From assembly GCA_028534125.1 (NCBI GenBank), contig CM052816.1, positions 67,520,001-67,584,000 of the forward strand: a stretch of DNA of 64,000 bases, written 5' to 3'. The notes beneath the pieces are model-generated. The model was not told the DNA's origin, searched no databases, and saw nothing but the letters and a program-made list of their open reading frames with translations. This document shows positions 40,053 through 52,902 of the stretch, piece after piece (the first letter of the stretch is position 1; every line of letters starts with the position of its first letter). Both the position numbers and the translations under genes were made by a program. Source of the stretch: Lama glama (taxonomy: Eukaryota).

Positions 40053-40230
40053 GGAAGGGAGGGTGTAGCTCAGTGGTAGAGCAGGTGTTTAACATGCACA
40101 AGGTCCTGGGTTCAATCCCCAGTACCTCCATTAAAACAAATAAATAAACTTAATTACCTCCCTCCACCAAAACAAACAAACAAAAAAAGAAAAAAATTAT
40201 AAAGAAGTAAAAAAATTATTAAAAGTAAAA
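40053..40230 (+). mobile_element. Vic-1-like SINE
   Basis: GGGAGGGTGTAGCTCAGTGGTAGAG...CCCCAGTACCTCCA plus a long A-rich tail. Confidence 0.9.
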
Positions 40231-40409
40231 GCCAAAATACAAATCATAATTCATAAATATAAAAATTTAAACTCAAAGTATTTAAATAAAATTATACTTT
40301 AACTTGTTGAAAATTTAATTACATCTTATTAGACATTTATCAAAATAAAGCCAATCACAATTCCAGCACTCAATGTCTATCTAATTGCACTGTGAAGAAT
40401 TATTGTTAC

Positions 40410-40935
40410 ACTTCTCAGTTATAACATTCAGATCCATTGTAACAGTAAAGGCCAAAATTCACACCAGTCATTCCAACAGCAAAAACATAAGGAATTGGTA
40501 AACAGGTATCAGAGGACTAAAAAACTGAAAAGGAGTCATGGAAGTAACATGAAGATAGTGTCTGCAGAAGCTACCATCCCTGCGGCTGGGAGAACAAAGA
40601 AGATGCTAGAAGTTTGGAGGAGGGCACTGCAGAACTGGGGTGGAGACAGAACAGGGAAGGTGACCTGACTAGTAGATGCCAGGATGCTGGTTGTGGAACC
40701 GCCACAAAAAGCAGGACATGAACCAGGTATCGCTGCCACATGGAAGGGCTGTTGTGCGGGTGATGCTGCCAGGAACACCCAACAGACAGAAAGAAGACCA
40801 AGTCCCTTCCTCCTCTGGCCTCCCTGCAGTCTCCCCTATTGGCAGAAAGTAGACATGTAGTTTGCGGAGTCCCCGTAACCTCCTCACACAGCAAAATATA
40901 GAAGGCGACTTGGGGTCTGAGAGACAAAACAAATT
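40410..40935 (-). mobile_element. LTR33-like ERVL LTR
   Basis: aggaattggtaaacaggta...ccctattggcagaa...agtttgcggagtcc...tctgagagacaa. Family tentative. Confidence 0.55.
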
Positions 40936-41926
40936 AAAGGGTAAAACAACTTGTTAAATGCTATGAAATGTTCCTCAGCCACAATACATGACCATTGTGA
41001 ATACATTAATTTGTCAGTTCCTCCAGAACCATGAGTTGGAACACAAAGGAAAACAAGAAGACTTGGCAGTATTAGGGAAATATTTCACTATGAAAGAATT
41101 TACTGCCTTCAAGTTCTCAGAGACGGATTTGACAAGTTAACAAATTTGTCTTTTTTTCTAACCTAAGAACTTCTGCTGCTCAAATCTGCCCCAAACTCCC
41201 AAAAGATATTGGCCTCCAATGTCGGCAGTGGAGTAGCCCACAAATCTTCATGGCATTTTGACGCAGTTGACTTTTGTTCTGAAGATACAGGACAATCCAG
41301 GTGAAGAAGTATTCCCCTGGGGTCTGAGCAGGAGCAGATGTTTAGGGTTAGAGGTTGTGCAGGGCCAGTGCAAATGGTCGGATCCCAAGTGGCAGGTATG
41401 CTCTGTGATATTTGTGTGCGTCTGTGTTTATGATATGCAGGGTTTGTGGTGTTCCAGGCAAAGCTAAAGCATGAAGCTCAGGGCAAAGGTCTTGCTCCAG
41501 TGTGCCCTGGCACTGTGGGGAGCTCATGCTTCTGGGGAAAAAGTTTTGAACAATGAAATGTGGGAGCCTATGGATCCGTTCTTCCCTTTTTCCTCCTTTC
41601 CTTTCCCGAGATGATAATGAGACACCATTTCTGTGGTTTCTTAGCATGTAATCTCATGGTTTGAGTTATCAGTTGTACCCACTGCTAGCCAGCTTGATAA
41701 ATCCTCTTCATATTGGTTCTCTTTCCTTCTCTACTTAACTGCCCTGGAATCTCACTTCTGCTTCCTGGCACCTCGTTCCCTGAAAAGTCACCCACACACA
41801 GGCCCTCAGCTTCAGGCTCTTTTCTCTGGGAACTTAGGCTAACATACTTGTCGGTACGCCTAGCATAAAAGCCATAATTGGAGGGTATTTCCATTGTGGT
41901 TAAGAAGAGTGAGACTAGTTCTCTGA

Positions 41927-42090
41927 GGCATGGCCAGGACTAGGGTGAGGCAGGAGAGGTGCCTAGGTATAACATTTAAGGAGGCCTTCACCACCCAGTG
42001 CAAGCATGGGCTGGCCTGGCCTGGGCCAGGGGCCCCGCCTTCAGTGTTGTGCCCTGGGAGCCTCTCTTCCTCACACTGGTCTGGCCTCGC
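41927..42090. mobile_element. MER91-like hAT-Tip100 MITE
   Basis: ggccaggactagggtgaggcaggagagg ... cctctcttcctcacactggtctggcc imperfect long inverted termini. Confidence 0.55.
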
Positions 42091-42510
42091 TGCTGGAGGT
42101 TAGAGAGACTCAATCACTTCTGCACTTGGAGTACTAATCAATTGGGTGTAGATGTAAGAAAGCAGAAGCTTTACTATTAGCTGGGCAGCACCCAACGATT
42201 CCAGATTATAGCGTTTCTGCTAAATTGTATCAGAGGATGTAGAACTTGCACTGTAATTTTCTTCAGATCCACATTATTGACATTTTTCTGAATGCTTTTT
42301 CCTAAGTAGACAAGTCTGTCATTTTTTTCAACAAAAATGATTTTCTTACCATTGAATTTCAGGTGCAGAGAACAGAGTTAATCATTCTCAGTGTGTGTGG
42401 TAGACACTATTACTATTGGTTCCAGGATGTCTTTCAGACATTAATGTTTTATCCTTCTTTTAAGTGTCATTTAAAAAAACTTTTTTCATTTTTCAGTGTT
42501 TTTTCTAATT

Positions 42511-42632
42511 TTTAAAAATTTTGGGGGGAGAGATAATTAGGTTTATTTATTTATTATTTTTTAATGGAGGTACTGGGGATTGAACCCAGGACCTCAGGCA
42601 TGTTAAGCACCCACTGAGCTATACCCTCCCCC
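42511..42632 (-). mobile_element. Vic-1-like SINE with short internal deletion
   Basis: ggaggtactggggattgaacccagg...ccactgagctataccctcccc. TSD tgtttttctaatt. Confidence 0.9.
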
Positions 42633-43039
42633 TGTTTTTCTAATTATTAAAGTAATATCTTTTAATTAGAGAAGATTTAGGAAGTTTAGTAAAATATAAG
42701 AATACTCATAACCCCACACCCAAATGGTACCATTGTTAACATTTTGATAATTCCTTCTAGCCCCTTCTTTGTGCATATTATGTTTTAAGATATGTTATGC
42801 ATACACTTTATAATTTTCCATCATGCTTTTTCTACTCAAGATTATATCATGATTATTTTGCAATGCCATTAAAAACTTTTAGTAACATTTTAAGATGGAA
42901 ATAACTTGATTTTGGTAACAAAAGTAATACGTGGTTATTGTAAAATATGTTGCTAGTATAGAAACATATAAAGAATATGGTGAAACTCATTGTAATTCCA
43001 TGTCCTAAATAAGTACTGAGCTAAAATCAATGTTCTAAG

Positions 43040-43532
43040 TGTGGCAGTGCTGTATGCAAAAGTTGCTACAATTAGTCCCTTCTCTGTATCTACACCCCTT
43101 TTCAGTGTGACTTGGAAGTCCCTTATATGAAGAGGTAGAGTCTATTTTCCCTCCTCTTGAATCTGAGCTTGCTTCGTGATTTACGTTGGTCAGCAGAACG
43201 TGGCAGAAGTAACATGCCAGGTCTCAGCTCGAGATTCAGCCTTACTCTCAGAACACTAGGTATACATGTGATCAAACCCAGATCAGTTTCTTTGGGAATG
43301 AGGGATCAGGAAGAGCAGAGGTGAGCTGTCTCAGCTGAAGCCATCCAAGACCAGCCAGCTTCCAGCCAACCAGCTGCTGATCACAGATGCATGAGGGAGC
43401 ATAAGACCAGAAGAAATGCCTGATTGAACCCAGTCCAAATTGTCACTTTGCAAAATCATAAACTAAAGAAATGGTAATTGTTTTAAGCCAGTGAGTTTTA
43501 AGGCAGGTTGTTAAGTAGCAATAGTTAACACC
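43040..43532 (+). mobile_element. MLT1H/I MaLR LTR
   Basis: gaggtagagtctattttccctcctcttgaatctg...tgttttaagcca...gcaatagttaac. Confidence 0.8.
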
Positions 43533-46500
43533 ATAATCTTTCCAGGCTTCTTTTCTGTTTCACACACACATACTTTAAAAAAAAAACCAAACTAAGATTT
43601 CACTCTATGTATTATTTTGTAAACTGTTTCATTTTTCTTTACCTAACAATATAGCATGTGTTAAACACATATCTTTCCTTCTGGTCTTAATAAATATTGA
43701 TATCATAATGTTTAATAGTTGCTTAACATTGTTAATGCTATGTTCACCTTAAAACAGTGATATATCAGTACTGTAATTTATTTAAGTAATTCTCCCATTG
43801 GTGGACACATTTTTCTACTATAAAAGCCCTTATTAATGTCTTGTATTTACATCTTTGTAAATTCATACTATTATTTACTTGGATTAAATTTTTTAGAAAT
43901 AGAATTGTTGGGTAAAAGGCCATGTTAAGAATATTAACACACGTTGCTAAACTGCCCTCCAGAAAGGTGATACCCCATTGCCAATTCTGTTCTTTATTGT
44001 CTCCACGATGGATTTTAAATTTTCCAACTCAAGAGTTCATCGCACCCACCTCCATTTTCCTGTCATCCTATTCTCTTTCTGTCTCAATCCATCCTGCACT
44101 CTTTTGAATCTGTTTTAAAGAGGTCAGTTACTCTGCGTTCTTCTGAGGAGGTAAAACTTTCCAATTTTTTTTTTCTGATTCTTGTAGGAAATCTTTTCAG
44201 GGGCCTATGAGTAATCTGAGTCTGAGGATGATGCCCCTTCTCTTGTTCTTGGTATTTTCCCAAGGTCCTATTTTATTATTTGTAGTTTATTCTGCGTATC
44301 CCCTGGAGAATGGAGATCTATCAGAGATCTCACTTAGGTGTGCTTTTTTCCCTCAGTGCTGCTCTCTCTCCATTTGAGTGCTGGTAGGATCCACAAGTCA
44401 GAGAATGACTGGTGGATGCCCACTGCTCCTGGCCCAATTCAACAGGCTTCCATCAGATGTCTCTGCTGGAATGGGACAGGATCTGCTGTACCTTTTGGCA
44501 CCCTCACACTCTGAATGGACATAGTTCGTAAAAGATTACACTCTGCAGCATACACATCTCAAGGGCCCTTGCTCTCTGTCCCCACCTTAGATCTCTCCTT
44601 GAGGGGCAGTCACGTCACAACTTAGTAGATTGCTTTGTGTTTAATGGCTCTCTAGTTACTAATTTGATCAAAATGTAAAGGCATTTGCATAAAAAAGACA
44701 TAAATGACACACCTATGTTTATGTAGAGAAGGACCTAGGGTTCAAAGTACCCACTGTGATATGGCATTCTGTTCATTTGCAGTCTCATATCTTTCAGAGT
44801 TCTAAGCACTTGGCCAGCATTGCCTGCAGTCCTCAATACAACCTCTCAAGGCAAGTAGAAGGCAGATGTTGTCTGTGAACTTCACAGGGAAACAGAGGCA
44901 CAGAGGGACTCAGTGATTCATCTGCCCAGTTGGTAGGCATCTGTGGTTCCCTTGCTCCCCCTCCAGTTAGTTGGGCTGTGGTGGAAGGTCAGCTTGGATG
45001 AGCCATTCAAACATTTGAATTGCTTCACTACTGCTTAGAAAGTGCCCTTAACACAGGCTGCCATGCTGAGCATTTGAGGTGTGGTGCTGAATAAAACTGC
45101 ACGCCACCCAGCCTGCCCTCAAAGCCCTGTGTCATATGTTTATCACTCAGACTCCGTAAGTCTTAATCCACTTCATCTTCAATAACAGCTTAGTTGGTAT
45201 GAAGAGCTTCTAATAATAGCAGCTGCAGATGAGCAACACAATACCTGTCATCATGAAGGTGCTTTAGGAAACTATGCACAGGTGTTTCTGTGTCTATCTG
45301 GTCATAACTTTAACTATGCATCTGGAACCAGATGCTCATGTTGAGATAGATGGAAATATTTGGTAATCTGAAAGTCTTGGGGCTATATCTAAGAGGTTTA
45401 GTAGAGAATATAACTCAGTCCAGCTGACCCCATTAGGCACATCACCTGCCATGCCTAAGAGAATGGAAACCATCATTTATTAAGCATATTTTAAGAATCT
45501 TTTGGTTTCCATGGAATGTAGAACTATAATGGTTCCAGCAGGTGCAGAGGGGAGCCAGCTGTGAAAGGGTTCATAGGTCAGGTAGCCTGAAGGCTAAGTT
45601 TAGAAACTCAGAAAGTGGTGATTTGTTGGACCTATAAAAAAGGAAGCTGATAGGGGAGACAGAAGAGAGGGAGAGAGAATGAGATTGAGAGAGAGAGAGA
45701 AGGAGATGAGAATAATTTCATTGTTCCTGTTTCAGAGAAGGGGGGATTTAAACTCTTGATGGTAGAGATCACGAGGCTGGTGGGTTCCCAGAAAGTGAGG
45801 AGATTAAACAACACAGTTCACTGGCAAATGAAAATGAGGCTGAACTGATATGGGATCCAGGAGGATTGTGAGGTTCATTAGCCCTCCTCCTCATTCTGCA
45901 GATAAGATATGGTCCTTTGCCCAGAGCCACATTTCAAGTTTGAGAGTCTGAGACTGAAGTCATGGGGACTGGAGAGAAAAATAATGACAGGGAGAGAGGA
46001 AAAGAGAAGTTGCTTCAAGTTCCTGAAATGGAAACATATATAACATGTAAAAACAAATATAAACATATATGGCATAAAAACATCTATGACTCTAGCAGAA
46101 AACCTTGATTCCATGATGTCACTCCATGAATAAATCCAGCTTGTCATTTATTTTGATAAATGAAATTTTACTCATGGCTCCAAGTCTATTTCTACACTCT
46201 TTCCTAGTTTACAGTCTAACTGGTTTGAAGACTTACGTAAAACCTGTTCTCTGCAGAAACTCATTTTGATCATCACACTATGACAACTCAGTTTCTAGTC
46301 AACTGTAGAAAGAGAAATAATCTTATGAGAATAGGCTTGAAGGTAAAAAGCCACTATACTATTTAATATACAAGTCATACTTCTGGAGGAGAATACACTC
46401 GGTATCAAAAGAATTATAGTGGGCAGGGCAGTATCGAGTTTCACTTCCTTCTTCTTCAGTCATAATTTTAGAGGAGTGCCACGCTAAGCCATAAAACCAG

Positions 46501-47885
46501 AATTACACACTAAATTGTACCCATAGGCTTGGGTATGATTTCAGGGGGTTTTGGAGTGACTGTAAATATTTTTATTGACCTTAAGTGGACAAATTGTACA
46601 TTCCTTTTTTTGCTTTCCAAATGTATACCATGGAAATTGCCCCCATTCAGAAAAGTTGATAGAACAGTTCAGTGAACACCCATATACCATCCTCTTAGAT
46701 TCAACAATGGTTAATATTTTGCCATATTTGCCTTTTCTTTCTCTGGTCATTATATGTAAATAATTGAAAGTAAGATGTAGCTATCATGACATTTTACTCC
46801 TAAATACAAGCTTGACACCTGTCATGCCATCAGAAAGTAAGAATTCTTGGTCAAGTCAAGTCTTACTTAGAAAAGGGTGGGCAATATGAATGGCCAGCGT
46901 AACTTCTGGGAATGGAGGTTTCCAGTACTTAGCTAATTCTCACACTAATTCTCTAATACTTGGTGTCATTTTACAGAGCAGGCATATAAATTTCAATCTT
47001 GGTAGTTCCTATTTCACCAATTTCAAAAGAGACAAAGCAAATCCATTTTAATTCTGCACTTTCATGTCCATTTTATTCATTGTTTACTTCAAAAACCTAT
47101 CTTTATTACAATGTCCTCTTGCACACAATAGAAGAAGATAGAACTTGCTTTCTTCCTCCCAACATAATAAGCGCTAGAGTTATTTTGCAACATGTATTTG
47201 GGGCTATTAAGGAGAGAGTTAAGATCTTTCATTATTTTACCTGTGACTTGAATCATAATAAAATGCTCACTTTCCAAGGTGAAAGATGTTAAACACCACA
47301 TTAACACTTACTGATGATTACAAGGCATTACTATAGCACATTATAATAATGGCTATCTCCAGAAAAATAACTATATTCCTTTAATGCACTCATAATATCT
47401 TCACAATTTTTAACTGCTATTTTGTTCCCAAACCATCTTGTACACAAATACAGAACTCAGTGCCAGTTCATCAGTGGCTAGAATACAGAAGAGAGAAATT
47501 ATTCATTAGGAAGCTACAGATGTCCTATCTTTGTTTCAGAACACACCAGAGAATTTAATTCCATGTTCTAAAAAAAAAAAAAACTTGACAGACAGATGGG
47601 ACATGAACTTAATGAACCAGCTACAGAACAACACTCTCTAATGTGTCCAACCCCTCTCTGGCACTTTCTTTTCTTTCTATCAACCTCTAATTCTTCCCAA
47701 CAGGTCAACATGTGGCACCCATGACAAATCCTCAACAATAATGGTCTAAAACTGGATACCAGCCATTGTAGTTGGACAATAATGATGTATGAAACAGAGT
47801 AAAACTAGCTGTTTCAGGTAAAAACTAGTTTGGCAAGTGGGAACTTGGCTCTGCCTTGTATGTCTTGTTGAGCCAGACATTCTAG

Positions 47886-48070
47886 TCCAGGGGTTCTCAA
47901 AGTTTAGGGTGTCTGAGGATTACTGAGTGCCTGTCAACATGCTGATTCCTGATTCCTTAGTCCTAATCCTAGAGAATTTGACTTGGCAGATCTGGAATGA
48001 GGCCCAGGAATCTTCTTTCTATTTGGTTCCCTGGGTGATTCTGTTGCAGGCTACCATGGAACGTGCTTTT
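47886..48070. mobile_element. MER5A/B MITE
   Basis: ccaggggttctcaaagttt...gaggcccaggaatct...ctgggtgattctgttgcagg. Confidence 0.7.
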
Positions 48071-48338
48071 GACCTATACAGTTTCCAACGCCTAAGATGC
48101 CAAGATGGTGGGTCATTGCTAAGTCTGATCCATTATGTGTGAACTGATTTAATGCTTATGTTTGCTGGTGGATCAGTGATAATGGTCTCCATTCCATCCA
48201 AGGTCAGTCACTGGTAAGAAGGAACAAGGGACCCATATCCTGCAACTAAGAATCACTGTGTGGGCTGACTCTGAAATGGATACTTTCTCCTGTCAGCCTT
48301 GAAACAAACTTACATGACAGGACACCTGCCTAACAGAA

Positions 48339-48570
48339 CAGTTGATTCTTGAACAACATGGATTTGAACCGCACGGGTCCACTTACATGCGGATTTTTTT
48401 CAATAGTGAATACTACAGTACTACATGATCCGTGATTGGTTGAATCCATGGGTATGGAACGGTGGATGCAGAGGAACCACCAATAAAGGGCCAACTATAA
48501 ATTATACTTGGATTTTTGACTGTGCAGAAGGTTGGTGCCACTAACCCCCTCATTGTTCAGGGGTCAACTG
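48339..48570 (+). mobile_element. MER8/Tigger2-derived MITE, complete
   Basis: TIRs CAGTTGATTCTTGAACAA / TTGTTCAGGGGTCAACTG, 232 bp. Confidence 0.88.
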
Positions 48571-48573
48571 CTC

Positions 48574-48642
48574 TGTGTGTGTGTGTGTGTGTGTGCGTGT
48601 GTGTGTGTGTGCGCGCGTGCGTGCACACACGCACGCATGCAC
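48574..48642. repeat. (TG)n/(CG)n/(CA)n alternating purine-pyrimidine tract
   Basis: Directly visible. Confidence 0.95.
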
Positions 48643-48911
48643 CCACAGCTATTGGACACAAGATTAGTCTTTCACGGGTTTACACCACACTCTTGATACA
48701 GTTCTGCTATAATGTGACAAATACCTTCATAAAAATCACCATGCTATGCACAATACTGTAATAAAAACCACAGGGCTTTTGGGAAAAGATGAGCTTAGGG
48801 AGACAACACTCCAAAGCTTCACCAGCGACACATTAAAAAAAAGGATACAAGAACCTAATAAAAATGGTAGCATAGTTTTACACATGTTAAATGGTTAAGA
48901 AATTCGTAACT

Positions 48912-49739
48912 TACTTCTTTTCTGGCTGGAACCTTGGAGGGTATAGAATAGAAGAAAAAGAAGGTTCCCTCTATGCCAGAAGCCACTAAAAAAAAAAGCA
49001 ATGGAATTTTCTAGAGCTGAAGACAAAGCACCTGAGAAAGAAGGTTGCCCAAAAGATGCTTCAAATGGCAAGGAGGAAGCTTATCTATTAAAAAAAGCTA
49101 AGTAACACAATAAGGAAAATAGGCAGATGTACAGAAGTGAGATTTGACTGGCAAAGATGGCAAGAAAATCGGGCAACTTCCATGTAACTATAGAACCCAA
49201 ATAAGCATTTGCCTTTAGGATCAGAGGTATCAAGGGTGTGAGCCCAAAGATCTGAAAAGTGTTGCATCTTTCACCTTCGTAAGCCCTTCAGTGGAAGCTT
49301 TGTTAAGCTCAAAAAGGCTCAGTTAACATGCTGAGGGTTGTGGAGCCATATACTGCATGGGGTACTTCAAATTGACATCAGTAGAAGAATTGATCCACAG
49401 GCATGGTATTAGCAAGATCAACAAGAAGCTAATTGTCGTGACAGGTAACACTTTGACTGCTTGATCACTTGTAAATAAGGCATCATCTGCATGGGGGATC
49501 ATGAGAACTATACTGTTGGAAAATGCGTCAAGGAGCAAAAACTTCCTGTGGCTTTCAAATGATCTTCACAAAGTGGAATGAAGAGGAAGCCCATGCATTG
49601 TGTAGGAGGAGATGCTGGCAACAAGGAAGACCAGATCAACAGGCTTCTTAGAAAGATAAACTATAGTGCCTCCCAAGATTGTTTTTATAATCTGGTCAGT
49701 TAATAAACAATGACCACTTTCAAGCTGAAAAAAAAAAAA
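48912..49739 (+). pseudogene. RPL7: Processed pseudogene of 60S ribosomal protein L7
   Basis: Pyrimidine-rich 5'UTR cttcttttctggctggaacc. Start decayed to TTG (48934), followed by EG.E.KKKKVP. Recognisable RQMYRSEI, RIRGI.GVSPK, NMLRVVEPY.AWG and [16 protein letters not shown]. Intronless, AATAAA at 49702-49707, poly(A) at 49728-49739, many stops and frameshifts. Confidence 0.96.
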
Positions 49740-49794
49740 GGAAATTCACAAATAATATGATAAAAACGGCACTTTATCTTAAATTTTTAAAAAA

Positions 49795-50029
49795 ATTTTA
49801 ACAGTTTTTTATTGGGTTATAGTCACTTTACAATGTTGTGTCAATTTCCAGTGTAGAGCACAATTTTTCAGTTATACATGAACATACATATATTCATTGT
49901 TGCATTTTTTTTCACTGTGAGATACCACAAGAAGGGACAGACTGGGAGTTTGCAATTTGTAGAAACTGACAGGCATATATGTAGAATAGATAAACAAGAT
50001 TATACTGTATAGCAAAGGGAAATATATAC
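49795..50029 (-). mobile_element. Short L1 3'-end insertion with 5' inversion
   Basis: 49803-49932 is the reverse complement of L1 8858-8985-type sequence. 49933-50029 is a forward copy of the adjacent upstream part (8760-8853 type). Confidence 0.88.
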
Positions 50030-52002
50030 CTAAAAAAGATTTGACATTTGTTTTGAGGAAGTAGGCATTGGAAGGGCTGCAGCTTGTAATTCACTGTACA
50101 GTGGTAGGAAGGTAAGTAATCTAAAATCAGTGGAAAATTTGTAACATCAGATGTGGATGGGCACGACTCAAAACGCACACAGTAAACTGAGGTAGCTGGC
50201 AGATATCTGAGGGTAGTGTGTGTCTGTATTTTATGTATTCCCAGGCAGCTCGGTTCAGGTAAATGGCTTTCTACTTTCACCTAGTGTTTCTCACTCATAA
50301 GATCACTCAAAGGCTAAGACAAATTTCCATTATATTCATGTTGTTTCCTAATATATCAATCACATTGGAACAAATTTGTGTGTTTTCAAAACAAGCATTA
50401 TAGCAGAACTAACTGTACCTGTGAGAAATTTACATCAGAAATAATGGTTTCAAGTTGCCTAGACTCTGAGGGTAGCCAGGGGAGCTTTATGGCCCTACCA
50501 GGAGTATTGTCTGTCTATAGGGGTTTGGGGACTAGAAATATGAAGGTAAAGGTAGTGGTGTTCCCTTCTAGCTTCTGGGCCATCTCCATGGCCATGAAGG
50601 AACTCAGCATCTCATAGGTGTTATCTTACTCTATATTTTCAGACTAACCTAGATTAACAATTACTAAAGGGTTTAGGTCAGCTATATAGAAAAACAGACA
50701 GCATTAGCGTAAGCTTCAGAGGACTCACATTTTATCTTTAGCTCTGCAAGCTGTGTGGCCTAAGGCAAGTCCCTTTATTTCTCTTTGATACATTTCCTCA
50801 TCTGTAAAATAAAGCAACTGAACTGTATTTCATCTCTCAAAGATCCCTCCTGGCTCCAATATCATGTTGAGGCCTTCTATGTTGATTAAATGCAGAGAAA
50901 ATGGACACTTTTCAACTTCTTCAAAACTCTCCACGTGGTTCAGCAATATTTTTTCTCATCCCAGGTTGCCTTCCTTGGTCATTTCCCAAAGGGAAAATTC
51001 CAAATTGTTATTACCCTCAAGCTCTGTCTCCACCAACAGATGGAAATTTACTGAGGCAGATCAAATTTGAGCTCATAAAGCTCCTTTATTTATTTTGTTA
51101 ACAGCTTTATTGAAGTAAAATTGACATACAATAAGCTGTACATATTTAAAGAATTCAGTTTGATATGTTTTGACATATGCATGCAGCCATGAAACTATCA
51201 CTACCATCAAGATAATGAATATATCCAACACCCTCAAAGATTTCCTTGAGTCCCTTGTAAACTCTCCCTCCTTTCTCTTTATCCTCCTTCCTCCCCATGC
51301 CCAGGCAACCATCGGTCTGCTTTCTGTCGTTATAGACTAATGCATATTTTCTATAGAATGTTATATAAATGGAATCATCAGTATGTACTGTTGTTTTGTC
51401 TGACTTCTTTCATTCAGTGTAACTATTTTGAGATCCATCTATGTCCCTTTTGGTAATAAAAAGGAGTAATAAAAAGCAGCTAGGTAATAGTCTATCATAT
51501 GGATAGATCACAATTTGTTTATCCACCCACCTGTTGATGGACATTTGGGTTGTTATCAGGTTTTAACCATTACAAATAAAGCTGCTATAAATATTTTTCA
51601 ACAAGTCTTTGTATGGACATATGTTTTCATTTCTCTTGGGTAAACACTTAAGAGTCAAATGGCTGGGTCACATATGGCAAGTGTATATTTAACTTTTTTT
51701 AGAAACCACTCAACTGTTTTCCAAAATTGTTATACCATTTTACATTCCTATCCACACTATGAAAATTCCAGTTCTGTATCCTTGCCAAAACTTAGTACGG
51801 TCACTATTTTTAATTTTTGCTATTCTAATAGGTATGTAGCGATCTCTTATTGTGGTTTCAATTTGTATTTCTCCAATGACCAACAATGTTGAGCATCTTT
51901 TCATGTGATTATTTTCCATCTGTGTATCTTCTTTAGGGAATGTCTGTTCAAATACTTTGCCCAACTTTAAAAATTGGGTTGTTTTCTATTTACTGAGTTT
52001 TC

Positions 52003-52622
52003 TTAAATTGTGGTAAAATACACATACCATAAAATTTGCCATCTATACTATGTTTATGTGTACAATTCAATGGCGTCAGGTAGTTTCACATTGTTGTGCT
52101 ACTATCACCACTATCCATCTCCAGAACTCTTTCATCTTGAAAAACAGTGACTCTGTAGCTATTAAACAATAATTGCCCTTCTCCCCAACTCCAGCTCTGG
52201 AAATCCCCATTCTACTTTCTTTTCCTCTATACATTTGCCTACTCTTAAGTATCTCATATGAATGAAATCATGTGGTATTCATACTTTTGTGACTGGCTTA
52301 TTTCACTTGGCATAATTTTCTCAAGATTGATTCACATTGTAACATATGTCACGATTTCCCTTTTTTTTTAATTGGAGGTACTGGGGATTGAACCCAGGAC
52401 CTCCAGCATGCTAAGCATGTGCTCTACCACTGAGCTATACCCTGCCCCAAGATTTCCTTTCTTTTTAAGTTGAGTAATATTTCATTGTATGTATATACCG
52501 TATTTTGTTTATCCATTCCTTTGTTGATGGACATTTGTGTTACTTTCACCTTTTAGCTTACTGTGAATAACACTGCTATGTGAACATGAGTGTATAAATC
52601 TTTTTTGAGTCCCTGCTTTTAA
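52003..52622 (-). mobile_element. Nested L1 3' fragment
   Basis: A second L1 3'UTR start (ttgtggtaaaatacacata). TSD-like tactgagtttt / tattgagtttt. Confidence 0.7.
52361..52448 (-). mobile_element. Short Vic-1-like SINE (tRNA head plus poly(A) only)
   Basis: tttttttttaattggaggtactgggg...gagctataccctgcccc. TSD gatttcc(c/t)tt. Confidence 0.9.
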
Positions 52623-52902
52623 TTATTGAGTTTTGAGAATTATTTATGCATTCTGAATACAAGACCTATATCAGAAATATGATTCACAAACATTTTCTCC
52701 TTGTCTGTGGCTTTTCTTTTTATTTCTTAACAATGTCTTTCAAGGAGCAGAAGTTTTTAATTTTGATTTAGTCCAATTTATATTTGTTGGCTTTATATTT
52801 AAGAAATTTTTGCCTAACTTGAGGTTCACAATGATTTGGTAACTTCTCTAGTTTTGTGTGCGTGTGTGTGCGCGTTTGTGTGTGTTTCCTTTCTTTCTTT
52901 CC

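Larger units (their letters stand above)
48699..50415 (-). mobile_element. Tigger9-like DNA transposon interrupted by the RPL7 retrocopy and an L1
   Basis: Inverted termini CAGTTCTGCTATAATG (48699) and CATTATAGCAGAACT(aactg)TA (~50396-50417). Confidence 0.75.
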
